Part shown: in pieces, positions 19,590 through 29,111 of the stretch
How the letters are laid out: every line of letters begins with the position of its first letter
Position numbering within the stretch: the first letter of the stretch is position 1
Source: an uncultured Actinomycetes bacterium
GTDB taxonomy: Bacteria; Actinomycetota; UBA4738; HRBIN12
Assembly (NCBI GenBank): GCA_963704725.1
Contig: OY969934.1
Location: 1,952,001-2,016,000, forward strand
Direction of reading: 5' to 3'
Length of the DNA: 64,000 bases
Made by a program: the position numbers and the translations under genes
Notes under the pieces: generated by a model
The model's input: the letters and a program-made list of their open reading frames with translations, nothing else
Databases searched by the model: none
Told to the model about the DNA's origin: nothing

Positions 19590-20543
19590 ATGCAGCCGCT
19601 CGAGCGCCTGGTCAACCTGGTCGCCCTGCTCCTGGAGTCCCGGACCCCGCTGACGTTCGAGCAGATCCGCGAGCGCTTCTCCGAGGCGTACGAGCACGAG
19701 GACGTGAACTCGGCGAAGCGGATGTTCGAGCGCGACAAGGACGTCCTGCGCGACATCGGCGTGCCGATCGAGGTCGTGGCCACCGACGTCTGGGACGCCG
19801 AGCAGGGATACACGATCCCGAAGGAGCGGTACTACCTGCCCGAGATCGACTTCACGCCCGAGGAGATCACGGCGCTCGCCGTGGCCGCGCGTTCGGGGGG
19901 CGACACGTCGGCCGAGGACGCGGTGCGCAAGCTCCTGTCGGGGTCCGAGGACGGGATCCTGGCCTCGCTCGCCGGGGCCGTCCCCGGCGGGCTCGGCGGG
20001 AGCTCGGACCCCCGGCTGCCCTCGGCCGCCGAAGCGGTGGCGGGCCTGCGCCGGATCCGCTTCCGGTACCGCACGGCCCGGGGCGAGACGTCGGAGCGGC
20101 TCGTGGACGCCTACGGCCTCGTCGTGCGCCGCGGCCACTGGTACCTCGTGGGGATGGACCTGGATCGTGGCGATCTGCGGTCGTTCCGCCTCTCGCGGCT
20201 GGCCTCGGACCTGGCCGTGGAGGGGGAGGGGAGCGAGCCGCCCGAGGGGTTCCGGGCCGCCGACGTCGTCCAGCCGGGACCGTGGGGTCCGGGCGAGGCG
20301 CGGACCACGGCCGTCGTGGCGTTCGCGCCCGAGGTGGCGTGGTGGGCGGCGAGGGGGGTCGCCGGAGCGGAGACGGTCGAGTCCGGCGAGGACGGGTGGA
20401 CGCGCATCCGCGTGCCGTGGCAGCCGGGGGAGAGCCTCGCGGGGTGGGTGCTCTCGTTCGGACCGGACGCCGAGGCGCTGGAGCCGCCCGAGCTCCGCCG
20501 GGAGATCGCCGGCCGGCTGGAGGCGGCGCTTGCCGCCCTCTGA
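19590..20543 (+). CDS. pafB: WYL-domain transcriptional regulator PafB
   Basis: ERLVNLVALLL, KRMFERDKDVLRD, HWYLVG, FRLSR; tandem with second WYL gene near pafA. Confidence 0.9.
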   Translation: MQPLERLVNLVALLLESRTPLTFEQIRERFSEAYEHEDVNSAKRMFERDKDVLRDIGVPIEVVATDVWDAEQGYTIPKERYYLPEIDFTPEEITALAVAARSGGDTSAEDAVRKLLSGSEDGILASLAGAVPGGLGGSSDPRLPSAAEAVAGLRRIRFRYRTARGETSERLVDAYGLVVRRGHWYLVGMDLDRGDLRSFRLSRLASDLAVEGEGSEPPEGFRAADVVQPGPWGPGEARTTAVVAFAPEVAWWAARGVAGAETVESGEDGWTRIRVPWQPGESLAGWVLSFGPDAEALEPPELRREIAGRLEAALAAL

Positions 20544-21519
20544 CGGCGCCCGCCGGTCGCCGTCGAAGGCGTCGGCCAAGGCCTCCGAGCGGCTCCGGCG
20601 GCTGCTGGTCGTCGTGCCCTACCTGGTGCAGCACCCGGGCACGGCCGTGTCGGAGGCCACCGAGCTGTTCGATCTCACCGAGGCCGAGCTGCTGGACGAT
20701 CTCAACCTGCTGTTCGTGTCGGGTCTGCCGCCCTACGGCCCGGGGGACCTCATCGACGTCGACATCCAGGACGGGCGCATCTGGATCGGCATGGCCGACT
20801 ACTTCGCCCGGCCGCTGCGCCTGAACCGCAGCGAGGCCCTCGCCCTGTACCTGCGGGGGACGGCCCTGGCCGGCGCGCCGGGCCTGCCCGAGGCACCGGC
20901 GCTCGCGTCGGCGCTCGCCAAGCTCGCCGAGGGGCTCGGACCGGAGACGCTGGGAGGTCTCCCCGAGCGCGTGGGGGCGGCGGAGGGCGCCCGTCCCGTC
21001 GAGGGGCTCGAGGAGCTGCGCCGGGCCGCCGGGGCGCACGAGCGCCTTCGCATCGAGTACTACGCGGCGTCCACGGCGGAGACGACGACGCGAGAGATCG
21101 ACCCCGAGGAGGTCTTCTTCGCCATCGGGAACTGGTACGTCGTGGCGTGGGATCACCGGTCGGACGCGGAGCGGCTGTTCCGGGCGGACCGGATCCGCTC
21201 GGCCGTCCCCACCGGGGAGCGGTTCGAGCCGCGCGGTCTCGAGGGAGCCGGCCGGCCCTTGTACACGCCGGACGAACACGACGCGAGCGTCCGACTCCGG
21301 GTCTCGCCCGAGGCCCGATGGGTGGCCGAGTACTACGAGACCTCGGGCGTGGACGAGCTCTCGGACGGGGGGCTCGAGATCGTGCTGCCGGCGGGGCGTC
21401 TGGAGTGGCTCGAGCGGCTGCTGCTGCGCCTGGGAACCGACGTCGAGATCCTGGAGCCGAGGGAGCTGAAGGACCGGGTCCGCGACCTCGCCGGACGGAC
21501 CCGAAAACGGTACGGATAG
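20530..21519 (+). CDS. pafC: WYL-domain transcriptional regulator PafC
   Basis: RLRRLLVVVPYL, GLPPYGPGDLID, NWYVVAW, FRADRI; start (TTG 20530) approximate. Confidence 0.88.
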   Translation: MPPSDGARRSPSKASAKASERLRRLLVVVPYLVQHPGTAVSEATELFDLTEAELLDDLNLLFVSGLPPYGPGDLIDVDIQDGRIWIGMADYFARPLRLNRSEALALYLRGTALAGAPGLPEAPALASALAKLAEGLGPETLGGLPERVGAAEGARPVEGLEELRRAAGAHERLRIEYYAASTAETTTREIDPEEVFFAIGNWYVVAWDHRSDAERLFRADRIRSAVPTGERFEPRGLEGAGRPLYTPDEHDASVRLRVSPEARWVAEYYETSGVDELSDGGLEIVLPAGRLEWLERLLLRLGTDVEILEPRELKDRVRDLAGRTRKRYG

Positions 21520-21583
21520 GGTAGCCCCGACCTCCTGCACCGGGCTCAAGCGTTCGGCCGGGAGGGTCGATACAGCGGGTGTC

Positions 21584-21952
21584 ATGACCACCATCCGGAC
21601 GACGTGCCCCCGCTGCGGCGAAGTGGACATGGGCCCCGAGTCGATCCTGCTCCAGGTGAGCCGGGGCGGCCGCGAGGGAACGTACCGCTTCACCTGCCCG
21701 ACCTGCATGGACGCGGTGGAGAAGCGCGCCGACCGCAAGATCGTGGCCCTCCTCGTGTCCGCCGGCGTCGACGTGGCTGGCCGTGCCACCATCACCGAGA
21801 CCGAGGAGCTGTTCGAGGCCGACGAGGAGCCCGTGGAGGATCCGCGTGGTCCGCTTCCTCCCGGGCCTGCCTTCACGATCGACGACCTGATCGACTTCCA
21901 CTTCAGCCTCCAGGACGACCGCTACATCCACGAGTTCCTGGCGAAGCACTAG
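21584..21952 (+). CDS. Hypothetical Zn-ribbon protein
   Basis: CPRC and CPTC pairs, acidic C-terminus, coding-like codon usage. Confidence 0.75.
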   Translation: MTTIRTTCPRCGEVDMGPESILLQVSRGGREGTYRFTCPTCMDAVEKRADRKIVALLVSAGVDVAGRATITETEELFEADEEPVEDPRGPLPPGPAFTIDDLIDFHFSLQDDRYIHEFLAKH

Positions 21953-21989
21953 GCAGCACCTCGCCGCCCCGACCCGGTAGCATCCCCTC

Positions 21990-22232
21990 GTGTCCTCGGT
22001 CGCGATCGTGTGGCTGGTCGTCGGGCTCCTGTCCACCGCGGCGGTGGCCGCCGTCCTGATCGCGCTGGTCCGGCACGTGTTCGTGCTCACTCGGGCGCTC
22101 GGCCGCTTCCAGCGGGAGGTGGGGCCGCTGGCCGCCGAGCTCGCCGCCGAAGGGGACCGCGCCTCCGCCCGAGCCGGTCGCGTAGCTGCCGAACGGCCGT
22201 TCGGCCGCCCCGGGGGCCGGGCGGTACCATAG
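21990..22232 (+). CDS. Small single-pass membrane protein
   Basis: N-terminal hydrophobic helix; TAGCAT -10 six nt upstream of GTG. Confidence 0.6.
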   Translation: MSSVAIVWLVVGLLSTAAVAAVLIALVRHVFVLTRALGRFQREVGPLAAELAAEGDRASARAGRVAAERPFGRPGGRAVP

Positions 22233-22284
22233 GCCGCGCCGCGACGCGATCCGCGAGCGGGACCTCGATGGGGCGAAGGGCGAG

Positions 22285-22776
22285 ATGCTCAACATCGGTC
22301 CGCAGGAGCTGCTCCTGATCCTGGTCGTCGCGCTGGTGGTCGTGGGACCGCGCCGCCTGCCGGAGATCGGACGATCCCTCGGCAAGGGGCTCCGGGAGAT
22401 CCGCAAGGCCCAGGACGAGGTCCGAAAGACGATCCAGGTCAACCTGGACGACGACATGCCCCCGGCCCGGACCGGCGCCCGACCCCCGAGCGCCCAGGCC
22501 GACCCCGGCGAGGCCGGCCCCTCGGCCGCGCTCCCCACCGCGGCCGCCGCGGCGAGCGAGCCGATCGGGGAGGTCTCCAAGACGCTGGGGCGAGGCCTGG
22601 CGGAGCTCCGCAAGGCCCGCCGGGAGATCGAGCGGACGTTCCGCGTCGACCTGGACCGGCCGCCGGCCGGACCGCGCCCGGCAGCCACCGCGGAACCGGC
22701 AGCCTCCGCCGCGCCGGCGCCCGCACCGGAGGCGGAGGGCCCGCCCGAGACCGACCGGCGCCCGGCCCCGGAGTAG
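22285..22776 (+). CDS. Twin-arginine translocase TatA/TatB-family subunit
   Basis: NIGPQELLLILVVALVVVGPRRLPEIGRSLGKGLRE; adjacent to tatC. Confidence 0.9.
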   Translation: MLNIGPQELLLILVVALVVVGPRRLPEIGRSLGKGLREIRKAQDEVRKTIQVNLDDDMPPARTGARPPSAQADPGEAGPSAALPTAAAAASEPIGEVSKTLGRGLAELRKARREIERTFRVDLDRPPAGPRPAATAEPAASAAPAPAPEAEGPPETDRRPAPE

Positions 22777-22788
22777 CGCGACCCCGCG

Positions 22789-23571
22789 ATGCGCCTGATC
22801 CCCGAGCGCCTCCGCCGGCGCCGTTCCCGGTCGCCCGAAGGCTCGATGTCCCTCGTCGAGCACCTCGAGGAGCTCCGCTACCGGCTCGTGGTGTCGATCG
22901 TCGGCATCGCGATCGGCGCGGCGGTGGGATGGTTCCTGTTCGACCGGCTCATCGACCTGTTGCAGAAGCCCTACTGCGACTACTGGGACACCGTGGACCC
23001 GGCGCTGCGGGCCACGACGAAGTGCACGTTCTTCTACTCGGGCGCCCTCGAGCCCGTGCTGATCAAGCTCAAGCTCGTCGGTGTGATGGGGCTGTTCTTC
23101 GCCCTGCCCGTGGTCCTGTACCAGCTCTGGTCCTTCGTGGTCCCCGGCCTGACCAAGCGCGAACGGCGCCTGGCCATCCCCTTCGTGATCAGCTCGGTCC
23201 TGCTGTTCGCCCTGGGCGCGCTGTTCGCGTACTGGACGCTCCCCAAGGCCCTCGGCTTCCTCCTGGGGTTCGCGGGCACGGGATTCTCCCCCTTACTCAC
23301 CGGGGATCGGTTCTTCACGTTCGTCGTGCTGGTCGCGGTGGTGTTCGGTCTGTCCTTCGAGTACCCGGTCGTGCTGATCTTCCTGAACATCGCCGGCGTG
23401 ATCACCACCGCCCAACTCCGGCGGTGGCGGCGCGGGGCCGTCCTGGGCGTGGCCATTTTCGCCGCCGTGGTCACGCCGAGCCAGGACCCCTACACCATGC
23501 TGGCCATGTGCGTGCCGATGTGGTTGTTCTACGAGCTGGCTATCATCGTCGGTCGACTGATGAAGAGGTAG
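22789..23571 (+). CDS. tatC: Twin-arginine translocase subunit TatC
   Basis: MSLVEHLEELRYRL, YQLWSFVVPGL, FEYP, TPSQDP. Confidence 0.97.
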   Translation: MRLIPERLRRRRSRSPEGSMSLVEHLEELRYRLVVSIVGIAIGAAVGWFLFDRLIDLLQKPYCDYWDTVDPALRATTKCTFFYSGALEPVLIKLKLVGVMGLFFALPVVLYQLWSFVVPGLTKRERRLAIPFVISSVLLFALGALFAYWTLPKALGFLLGFAGTGFSPLLTGDRFFTFVVLVAVVFGLSFEYPVVLIFLNIAGVITTAQLRRWRRGAVLGVAIFAAVVTPSQDPYTMLAMCVPMWLFYELAIIVGRLMKR

Positions 23572-23579
23572 AGGGACGC

Positions 23580-24359
23580 ATGGCGATCAAGGGCAAGAGC
23601 AAGAGCCGCGGAACCAAGACGGTGGCCCGCGGTCCCAAGCCGGTCTACGTGCCGGTCAAGACGCCGTGGTACCGGCGGCGGGGCCTGTGGCTCGTGGTCG
23701 CCACGCTCGTGGCCGTAGCGGCCGTCGAGGGGCTCGTGTACGGCTTCGTCAACCAGAGCAACGAGAACAAGATCAAGGACGACCAATCGCGCCTGGCCGC
23801 GGTCACGAATCGCTACCGGGGTGTGATCCAACCCATCCTGGCCACCGTGGGGAGCGAGACGCCCCCGTCGGGCTTCGCCGCGTTCCCCTCCCTCGACTCG
23901 GGCCTCGCCGGGCTCGAGACGGACACCGTCGACCAGAACGCCCTGGATGCCGCGTCGAACGCCGCCGATTCCACGGTGTCCACCGCGCGGTCGGCGATCG
24001 GCAACCTCGGCGACGTCGACGCCGCCACGATGGTCGGAGGCAAGGGGTTCTCCCGGAGCTACGTGCTCTACGTCTTGAACTCGGAGGCCGGCTTCGTCCG
24101 CGGCCTCAAGCTGTTCCGCGAGGCCGCGGTCCTGCTCTCGTTGGCCGTGGAGGCCGGCGAGGGGCCCGGTCGCGCCGACCTGGTGGCGCAGGCCCGCTCC
24201 GTCCAGGCCATCGCGGACGAGACCTTCTCCACGGCGTACTCGGACTACGTGCAGGCCCAGATCCTGGCCAACGTGTTCCAGCCGAGCGGTCCGGGAACGA
24301 TCACGCCGATCACGGGACCGACGGGGGCGACCGGTCCGGCCACGGGCGCCTCGGGCTGA
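23580..24359 (+). CDS. Hypothetical membrane-anchored protein
   Basis: GAGGGA SD, basic N-terminus, one TM helix, Gly/Thr/Pro tail. Confidence 0.7.
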   Translation: MAIKGKSKSRGTKTVARGPKPVYVPVKTPWYRRRGLWLVVATLVAVAAVEGLVYGFVNQSNENKIKDDQSRLAAVTNRYRGVIQPILATVGSETPPSGFAAFPSLDSGLAGLETDTVDQNALDAASNAADSTVSTARSAIGNLGDVDAATMVGGKGFSRSYVLYVLNSEAGFVRGLKLFREAAVLLSLAVEAGEGPGRADLVAQARSVQAIADETFSTAYSDYVQAQILANVFQPSGPGTITPITGPTGATGPATGASG

Positions 24360-24400
24360 CCGCGCCGGTCGCCGGGCGTCCCGCCCGTAGACTCGACGGA

Positions 24401-27055
24401 GTGACCGATCCCCGGCGCTTCGCCGCCCGGTATCCGTTCGCCCTGGATGCCTTCCAGATCACGGCGATCGACGCCCTGGCCTCGGGGGGCTCCGTCCTGG
24501 TGGCGGCGCCCACCGGCTCGGGCAAGACGGTCGTGGCCGAGTACGCCGTCGAGCGCGCCCTGGAGCTCGGCGGCAAGTGCTTCTACACGACGCCGCTGAA
24601 GGCGCTGTCGAACCAGAAGTTCGGTGACTTCGTGGCCCGGCACGGGGCGGCGCGTGTCGGCCTGCTGACCGGCGACAACACGATCAACGGCCAGGCCCCC
24701 GTCGTCGTCATGACGACCGAGGTCCTTCGCAACATGCTCTACGAGCGCTCCGACACGATCGACGGGCTGGTCTCCGTCGTGCTCGACGAGGTCCACTACC
24801 TCCAGGATCCGTACCGCGGCGCTGTGTGGGAGGAGGTGCTGATCCACCTGCCGCCGTCGGTCTCGGTGGTGTGCCTGTCGGCCACGATCTCCAACGCCGA
24901 GCAGTTCGGCGAGTGGATCGGGACGCTCCGTGGGCCCACCCGCGTGGTCATCGAGGAGCGGCGACCCGTGCCTCTGGAGCATCACTACCTCGTGGGCCGG
25001 GACCTGCATCCGATGCACGTGGACCAGGAGGGCCAGCTCGCCCCCAACCCGTACGTCGTGTCGCTGGAGCGGCAGGAGGTGGGGTTCAAGCCGTACGGGC
25101 CGCGGGGGTCGGGGCGGGCGCAGCACGAGCGCGTTCCCCGGTCCCGGGACCGGTCTCGCCGCGTCTACGTGCCGCGGCGCGAGGAGGTCGTCGAGGTCCT
25201 GGCCGGCGCGGGCATGCTGCCGGCGATCTACTTCGTGTTCAGCCGGGCGGGCTGCGACCGCAGCGTGCAGTGGCTGATGGCCTCGGGGATCCGCCTCACC
25301 GACCGGGATGAGGCGGCCCGGATCCGCGAGTTCGCCGAGATGCGCTCGGCCTGGATGGACGAGGAGGACCTCAAGACCTTGGGCTTCTACGACTTCGAGG
25401 AGGCGCTCGCGGCGGGGATCTCCTCGCACCACGCCGGGATGTTGCCGGTGTTCAAGGAGACCGTCGAGGAGCTGTTCGAGGCCGGGCTGGTCAAGATCGT
25501 CTTCGCCACGGAGACGCTCTCGCTCGGGATCAACATGCCGGCGAAGTCGGTGGTGATCGAGGACCTGTGGAAGTTCCAGGGGGAGCGGCACGAGCTCCTC
25601 ACCCCCGGCGAGTACACCCAGCTCACCGGGCGCGCCGGCCGGCGGGGGATCGACGAGCTGGGCCACGCCATCGTCGTGTACCAGCGGCAGGTGCCGTTCG
25701 AGCGGGTGGCCTCGCTCGCGTCGACGCGGACCTACGAGCTCACGTCGTCGTTCCGCCCCTCGTACAACATGGCGGTCAACCTGGTGCGCAACTACACGCG
25801 CGAGGAGACGCACCACCTGCTGAACTCGTCCTTCGCCCAGTTCCTGGCGGACCGGGGCGTCGTGGCGCTCGAGCGGCAGCTCGAACGCGACCGGGCGTTC
25901 CTGGCCGGCTACCGGGAGCAGATGCGCTGCCACCTAGGCGACTTCGGGGAGTACTGGCAGCTGCAGGAGAAGGCGGAGCGGATCCGCTCCGAGGCGCGCA
26001 AGGGCCGCGAGCGGGCGCGCGCCGACGGCGTCCGGGACGCCCTGGCGGGGCTGCGGCCGGGCGACGTGATCTTCGTTCCCAGGGCGAAGCGGCGGGGACT
26101 GGCCGTCGTGCTGTCCAACCGGGAGGGGCGGCCCACGGTGCTGGCCCAGGACCGGAAGTTCTTCCGGGTCTCGACCCGGGACTTCGAGGAGCCCCCCCTG
26201 TCGATCACCCGCGTCCCGCTGCCCCGGGCGGGGAGCGTCCGCAGCGCCCGGTACCGGCGGGATCTCGCGGCCCGGCTCGTGGCGCTCGACGTCCGGGCGC
26301 CGAGGCGCTCCTACGAACGGGTCGACGCCAAGGTCGAGCGCGAGGCCGCCAAGGTCGAGCGGCTGGCCGAGGCCCATCCGTGTCACGGCTGCCCCGATCG
26401 GCCGGCTCACGAGCGCTGGGCCCGGCGCGCCTCCGAGCTCGAGGAGCAGGTCCGCGGCGTCGACCGCCGGATCCGAACGCGCACGGAGACGTTGGCCCGC
26501 CAGTTCGACCGGGTGCTCGGCGTCCTGGGGGAGCTGGGATACGTCCGCGACTTCTCGATCCTGCCGAAGGGCCGCGCCCTGGCCCGGATCTACGGCGAGG
26601 GTGACGTGCTCGTGGCGGAGGCCCTGGACGACGGCCTGCTCGAGGGCGTCACCCCGCCCGAGGCGGCCGCCCTCGTATCGACGATCGTCTACGAGTCGCG
26701 AGAACGCGTGCCCCAACAGGGGGAGATGCCCACCGCCACCACGGCCGAGCGCTACCGGCGGCTCGGCTCGATCTTCCACCGGATCCGGCGGGCCGAGGAT
26801 CGGCATCACGTAGAGCTGTGCCGGGAGCTCGACGCGGGATTCGCCTCGCCCGTCCACCGGTGGGCGGGCGGCGAGGCGCTCGACGACGTCCTGCGCCAGA
26901 CCGCGATGGCGCCGGGGGACTTCGTCCGCAACTGCAAGCAGCTCCTGGACCTCCTCCGACAGATCGAGGAGGTGGCGGTGGGCGAGCAGGCGGATGTCGT
27001 CCACCGGGCCCGTGAGGCCGTGAACCGCGGCGTGGTGGCCTACACGGGCGTCTGA
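24401..27055 (+). CDS. helY: Ski2-like DEAH helicase HelY
   Basis: APTGSGKT, TPLKALSNQK, DEVH, LSAT, GRAGRRG, GDFVR; canonical position after tatC. Confidence 0.93.
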   Translation: MTDPRRFAARYPFALDAFQITAIDALASGGSVLVAAPTGSGKTVVAEYAVERALELGGKCFYTTPLKALSNQKFGDFVARHGAARVGLLTGDNTINGQAPVVVMTTEVLRNMLYERSDTIDGLVSVVLDEVHYLQDPYRGAVWEEVLIHLPPSVSVVCLSATISNAEQFGEWIGTLRGPTRVVIEERRPVPLEHHYLVGRDLHPMHVDQEGQLAPNPYVVSLERQEVGFKPYGPRGSGRAQHERVPRSRDRSRRVYVPRREEVVEVLAGAGMLPAIYFVFSRAGCDRSVQWLMASGIRLTDRDEAARIREFAEMRSAWMDEEDLKTLGFYDFEEALAAGISSHHAGMLPVFKETVEELFEAGLVKIVFATETLSLGINMPAKSVVIEDLWKFQGERHELLTPGEYTQLTGRAGRRGIDELGHAIVVYQRQVPFERVASLASTRTYELTSSFRPSYNMAVNLVRNYTREETHHLLNSSFAQFLADRGVVALERQLERDRAFLAGYREQMRCHLGDFGEYWQLQEKAERIRSEARKGRERARADGVRDALAGLRPGDVIFVPRAKRRGLAVVLSNREGRPTVLAQDRKFFRVSTRDFEEPPLSITRVPLPRAGSVRSARYRRDLAARLVALDVRAPRRSYERVDAKVEREAAKVERLAEAHPCHGCPDRPAHERWARRASELEEQVRGVDRRIRTRTETLARQFDRVLGVLGELGYVRDFSILPKGRALARIYGEGDVLVAEALDDGLLEGVTPPEAAALVSTIVYESRERVPQQGEMPTATTAERYRRLGSIFHRIRRAEDRHHVELCRELDAGFASPVHRWAGGEALDDVLRQTAMAPGDFVRNCKQLLDLLRQIEEVAVGEQADVVHRAREAVNRGVVAYTGV

Positions 27056-27080
27056 GCCCGGTGCGGCTAGGATTCGCGCG

Positions 27081-28010
27081 ATGTCATCGCCGTTCGGTGA
27101 GCTCACCGTGATCGTGAACCCCCACGCCGGGAAGCGGCACGTGGGGGAGGAGGTCCCCGAGCTCGAGCGCAACCTCCGCGCCCGAGGGCTCGAGTACCGG
27201 CTGCTTCGGACGGAGGGTCGGGGCGACGCGACGCGGTTCGCGCGCGAGGCGCTCGAGGGCGGGGCACGGTTCCTGGTGGCGGTGGGCGGCGACGGCACCG
27301 TCAACGAGGTCGTCAACGGGATGTTCGACGACGAGGGCGCAGTGATCGGCCGGGAGCCCGTTCTCGGGGTCGTGGCCGCCGGGAGCGGGTGCGACTTCAT
27401 CCGGACGTTCGGGCTGCCCGGCGACGCCACGAGGGCGTGCCTGCATCTGGGCGGCGACAACACGTACCCCCTCGACGTGGGGAAGGTCACGTACACGACG
27501 GTGTCGGGAGGACGGGACGTCCGGTACTTCGCGAACGTCGCCGAGGCCGGGCTGTTCGCTGCGGTGGCGGCCAGGGCCGAGCGGATGTCCCCCCGCCTCG
27601 GCGGCTCGAGGTACTTCTTCGGCTTCTGGGCGGCGCTGGCCCGGTTCAAGCTCGCCACGGTCAGGGTCCAGGCGGACTCCAAGACGTACGAGGGGCCGGC
27701 CTTCGGCGTGGTGGTGGCCAACGCCCAGTACAACGGGGGCGGGATGAAGATCTCGCCCCGGTCCTATCCGGGCGATGGCGTGCTCGACGTCATCATCTTC
27801 CAAGGCCCGAAGTCCGACGCCTTCACGATGATCCCCAAGGTCTACAAGGGGGAGCACGTGCCCCACGACCACAACGTGGAGTTCCGCGTCAAGCGGCAAC
27901 TGATCGTCGAGGCCGACCGGGCCCTGCCGATCGAGGCCGACGGCGAGGTCCTGGGGAACACCCCGGCCACGTTCGAGGTCCTGTCGCAGCCCATCCGGAT
28001 GAAGCTGTGA
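27081..28010 (+). CDS. Diacylglycerol kinase family lipid kinase
   Basis: VNPHAG, GGDGTVNEVVNG, EADGE. Confidence 0.9.
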   Translation: MSSPFGELTVIVNPHAGKRHVGEEVPELERNLRARGLEYRLLRTEGRGDATRFAREALEGGARFLVAVGGDGTVNEVVNGMFDDEGAVIGREPVLGVVAAGSGCDFIRTFGLPGDATRACLHLGGDNTYPLDVGKVTYTTVSGGRDVRYFANVAEAGLFAAVAARAERMSPRLGGSRYFFGFWAALARFKLATVRVQADSKTYEGPAFGVVVANAQYNGGGMKISPRSYPGDGVLDVIIFQGPKSDAFTMIPKVYKGEHVPHDHNVEFRVKRQLIVEADRALPIEADGEVLGNTPATFEVLSQPIRMKL

Positions 28011-29104
28011 GCGCGGGCCGGTTCGACGAGCGGCGGGCTCGCGCGGCCGCCGGGCTCGAGGCGACGGGACTCTCGGGGCTGCTCGTGGCGCCCGGTCCCG
28101 ACCTGGTGTACCTGACCGGGCACGAGCCGCCGCCGCTCGAACGCCTGACGCTCCTGGTCCTCCGCCCCGCGAGCGAGGCCGTCCTCATCGTCCCCGAGCT
28201 CGAGCGGCCGGCCGCCGAGACGGCGCCGGGGATCCCCGGTGTGACGCTCGAGGGCTGGCGCGACGGACGGGATCCGTACGAGATGGCGGCGGCCCACCTG
28301 GGTCCGGGCCGGTACGCCGTCACCGACCAGACCTGGGCCGCGCATCTGCTGGAGCTCCAGCGCGCGGCGCCGGGGTGCGCCTTCGAGCCCGTGGGCCAGG
28401 TGCTCCCCCTGTTGCGCGCCGTCAAGGACGACGAGGAGATCGCGCGGCTCCGGGCCGCGGGTGGTGGAGCCGACGCCGCCTTCGGGGAGGTGATCGAGCT
28501 GCCGTTCGCCGGCCGGCGCGAGCTCGAGGTGGCCGCCGACCTCGAGCGTCTCCTGCGCCAGCACGGGCACGAGCGCGTCGACTTCACGATCGTGGGATCC
28601 GGGCCGAACGGCGCCTCGCCGCACCACGAGGCGGGGGAGCGACCCATCGAGCCCGGCGACGCGGTCGTCCTGGACTTCGGGGGCCGCGCCGGGGGCTACT
28701 GCTCCGACATCACACGGACGGTGTTCGTGGGGGAGCCCGACGAGGATCAGGCCGCGGTGTACGAGGTGGTCCGCCGGGCCCAGCAGGCGGCGTTCGAGGC
28801 CGTCCGGCCGGGGGTGGCGGCGCAGGACGTCGACCGGGCCGCCCGGGTCGTGATCGAGGAGGCCGGCTACGGCGAGCGGTTCGTGCACCGGACGGGTCAC
28901 GGCATCGGCCTCGAGGTCCACGAGCCCCCCTACATCGTCGAGGGGAACGACACCGCGCTCGAGGCGGGGATGACCTTCTCCGACGAGCCGGGGATCTACC
29001 TCGCGGGCCGGTTCGGAGTCCGGATCGAGGACCAGCTCGTCGTGACCCCGGCCGGGGCAGAGCGCCTGAACGAGGCGACGCGCGACCCCGTCGTCGTGGC
29101 CTGA
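28007..29104 (+). CDS. Xaa-Pro aminopeptidase (M24)
   Basis: ASPHH, LDFGG, SDITRT, HRTGHGIG, EPGIY, RIED. Confidence 0.92.
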   Translation: MSAGRFDERRARAAAGLEATGLSGLLVAPGPDLVYLTGHEPPPLERLTLLVLRPASEAVLIVPELERPAAETAPGIPGVTLEGWRDGRDPYEMAAAHLGPGRYAVTDQTWAAHLLELQRAAPGCAFEPVGQVLPLLRAVKDDEEIARLRAAGGGADAAFGEVIELPFAGRRELEVAADLERLLRQHGHERVDFTIVGSGPNGASPHHEAGERPIEPGDAVVLDFGGRAGGYCSDITRTVFVGEPDEDQAAVYEVVRRAQQAAFEAVRPGVAAQDVDRAARVVIEEAGYGERFVHRTGHGIGLEVHEPPYIVEGNDTALEAGMTFSDEPGIYLAGRFGVRIEDQLVVTPAGAERLNEATRDPVVVA

Positions 29105-29111
29105 GTCGCCG

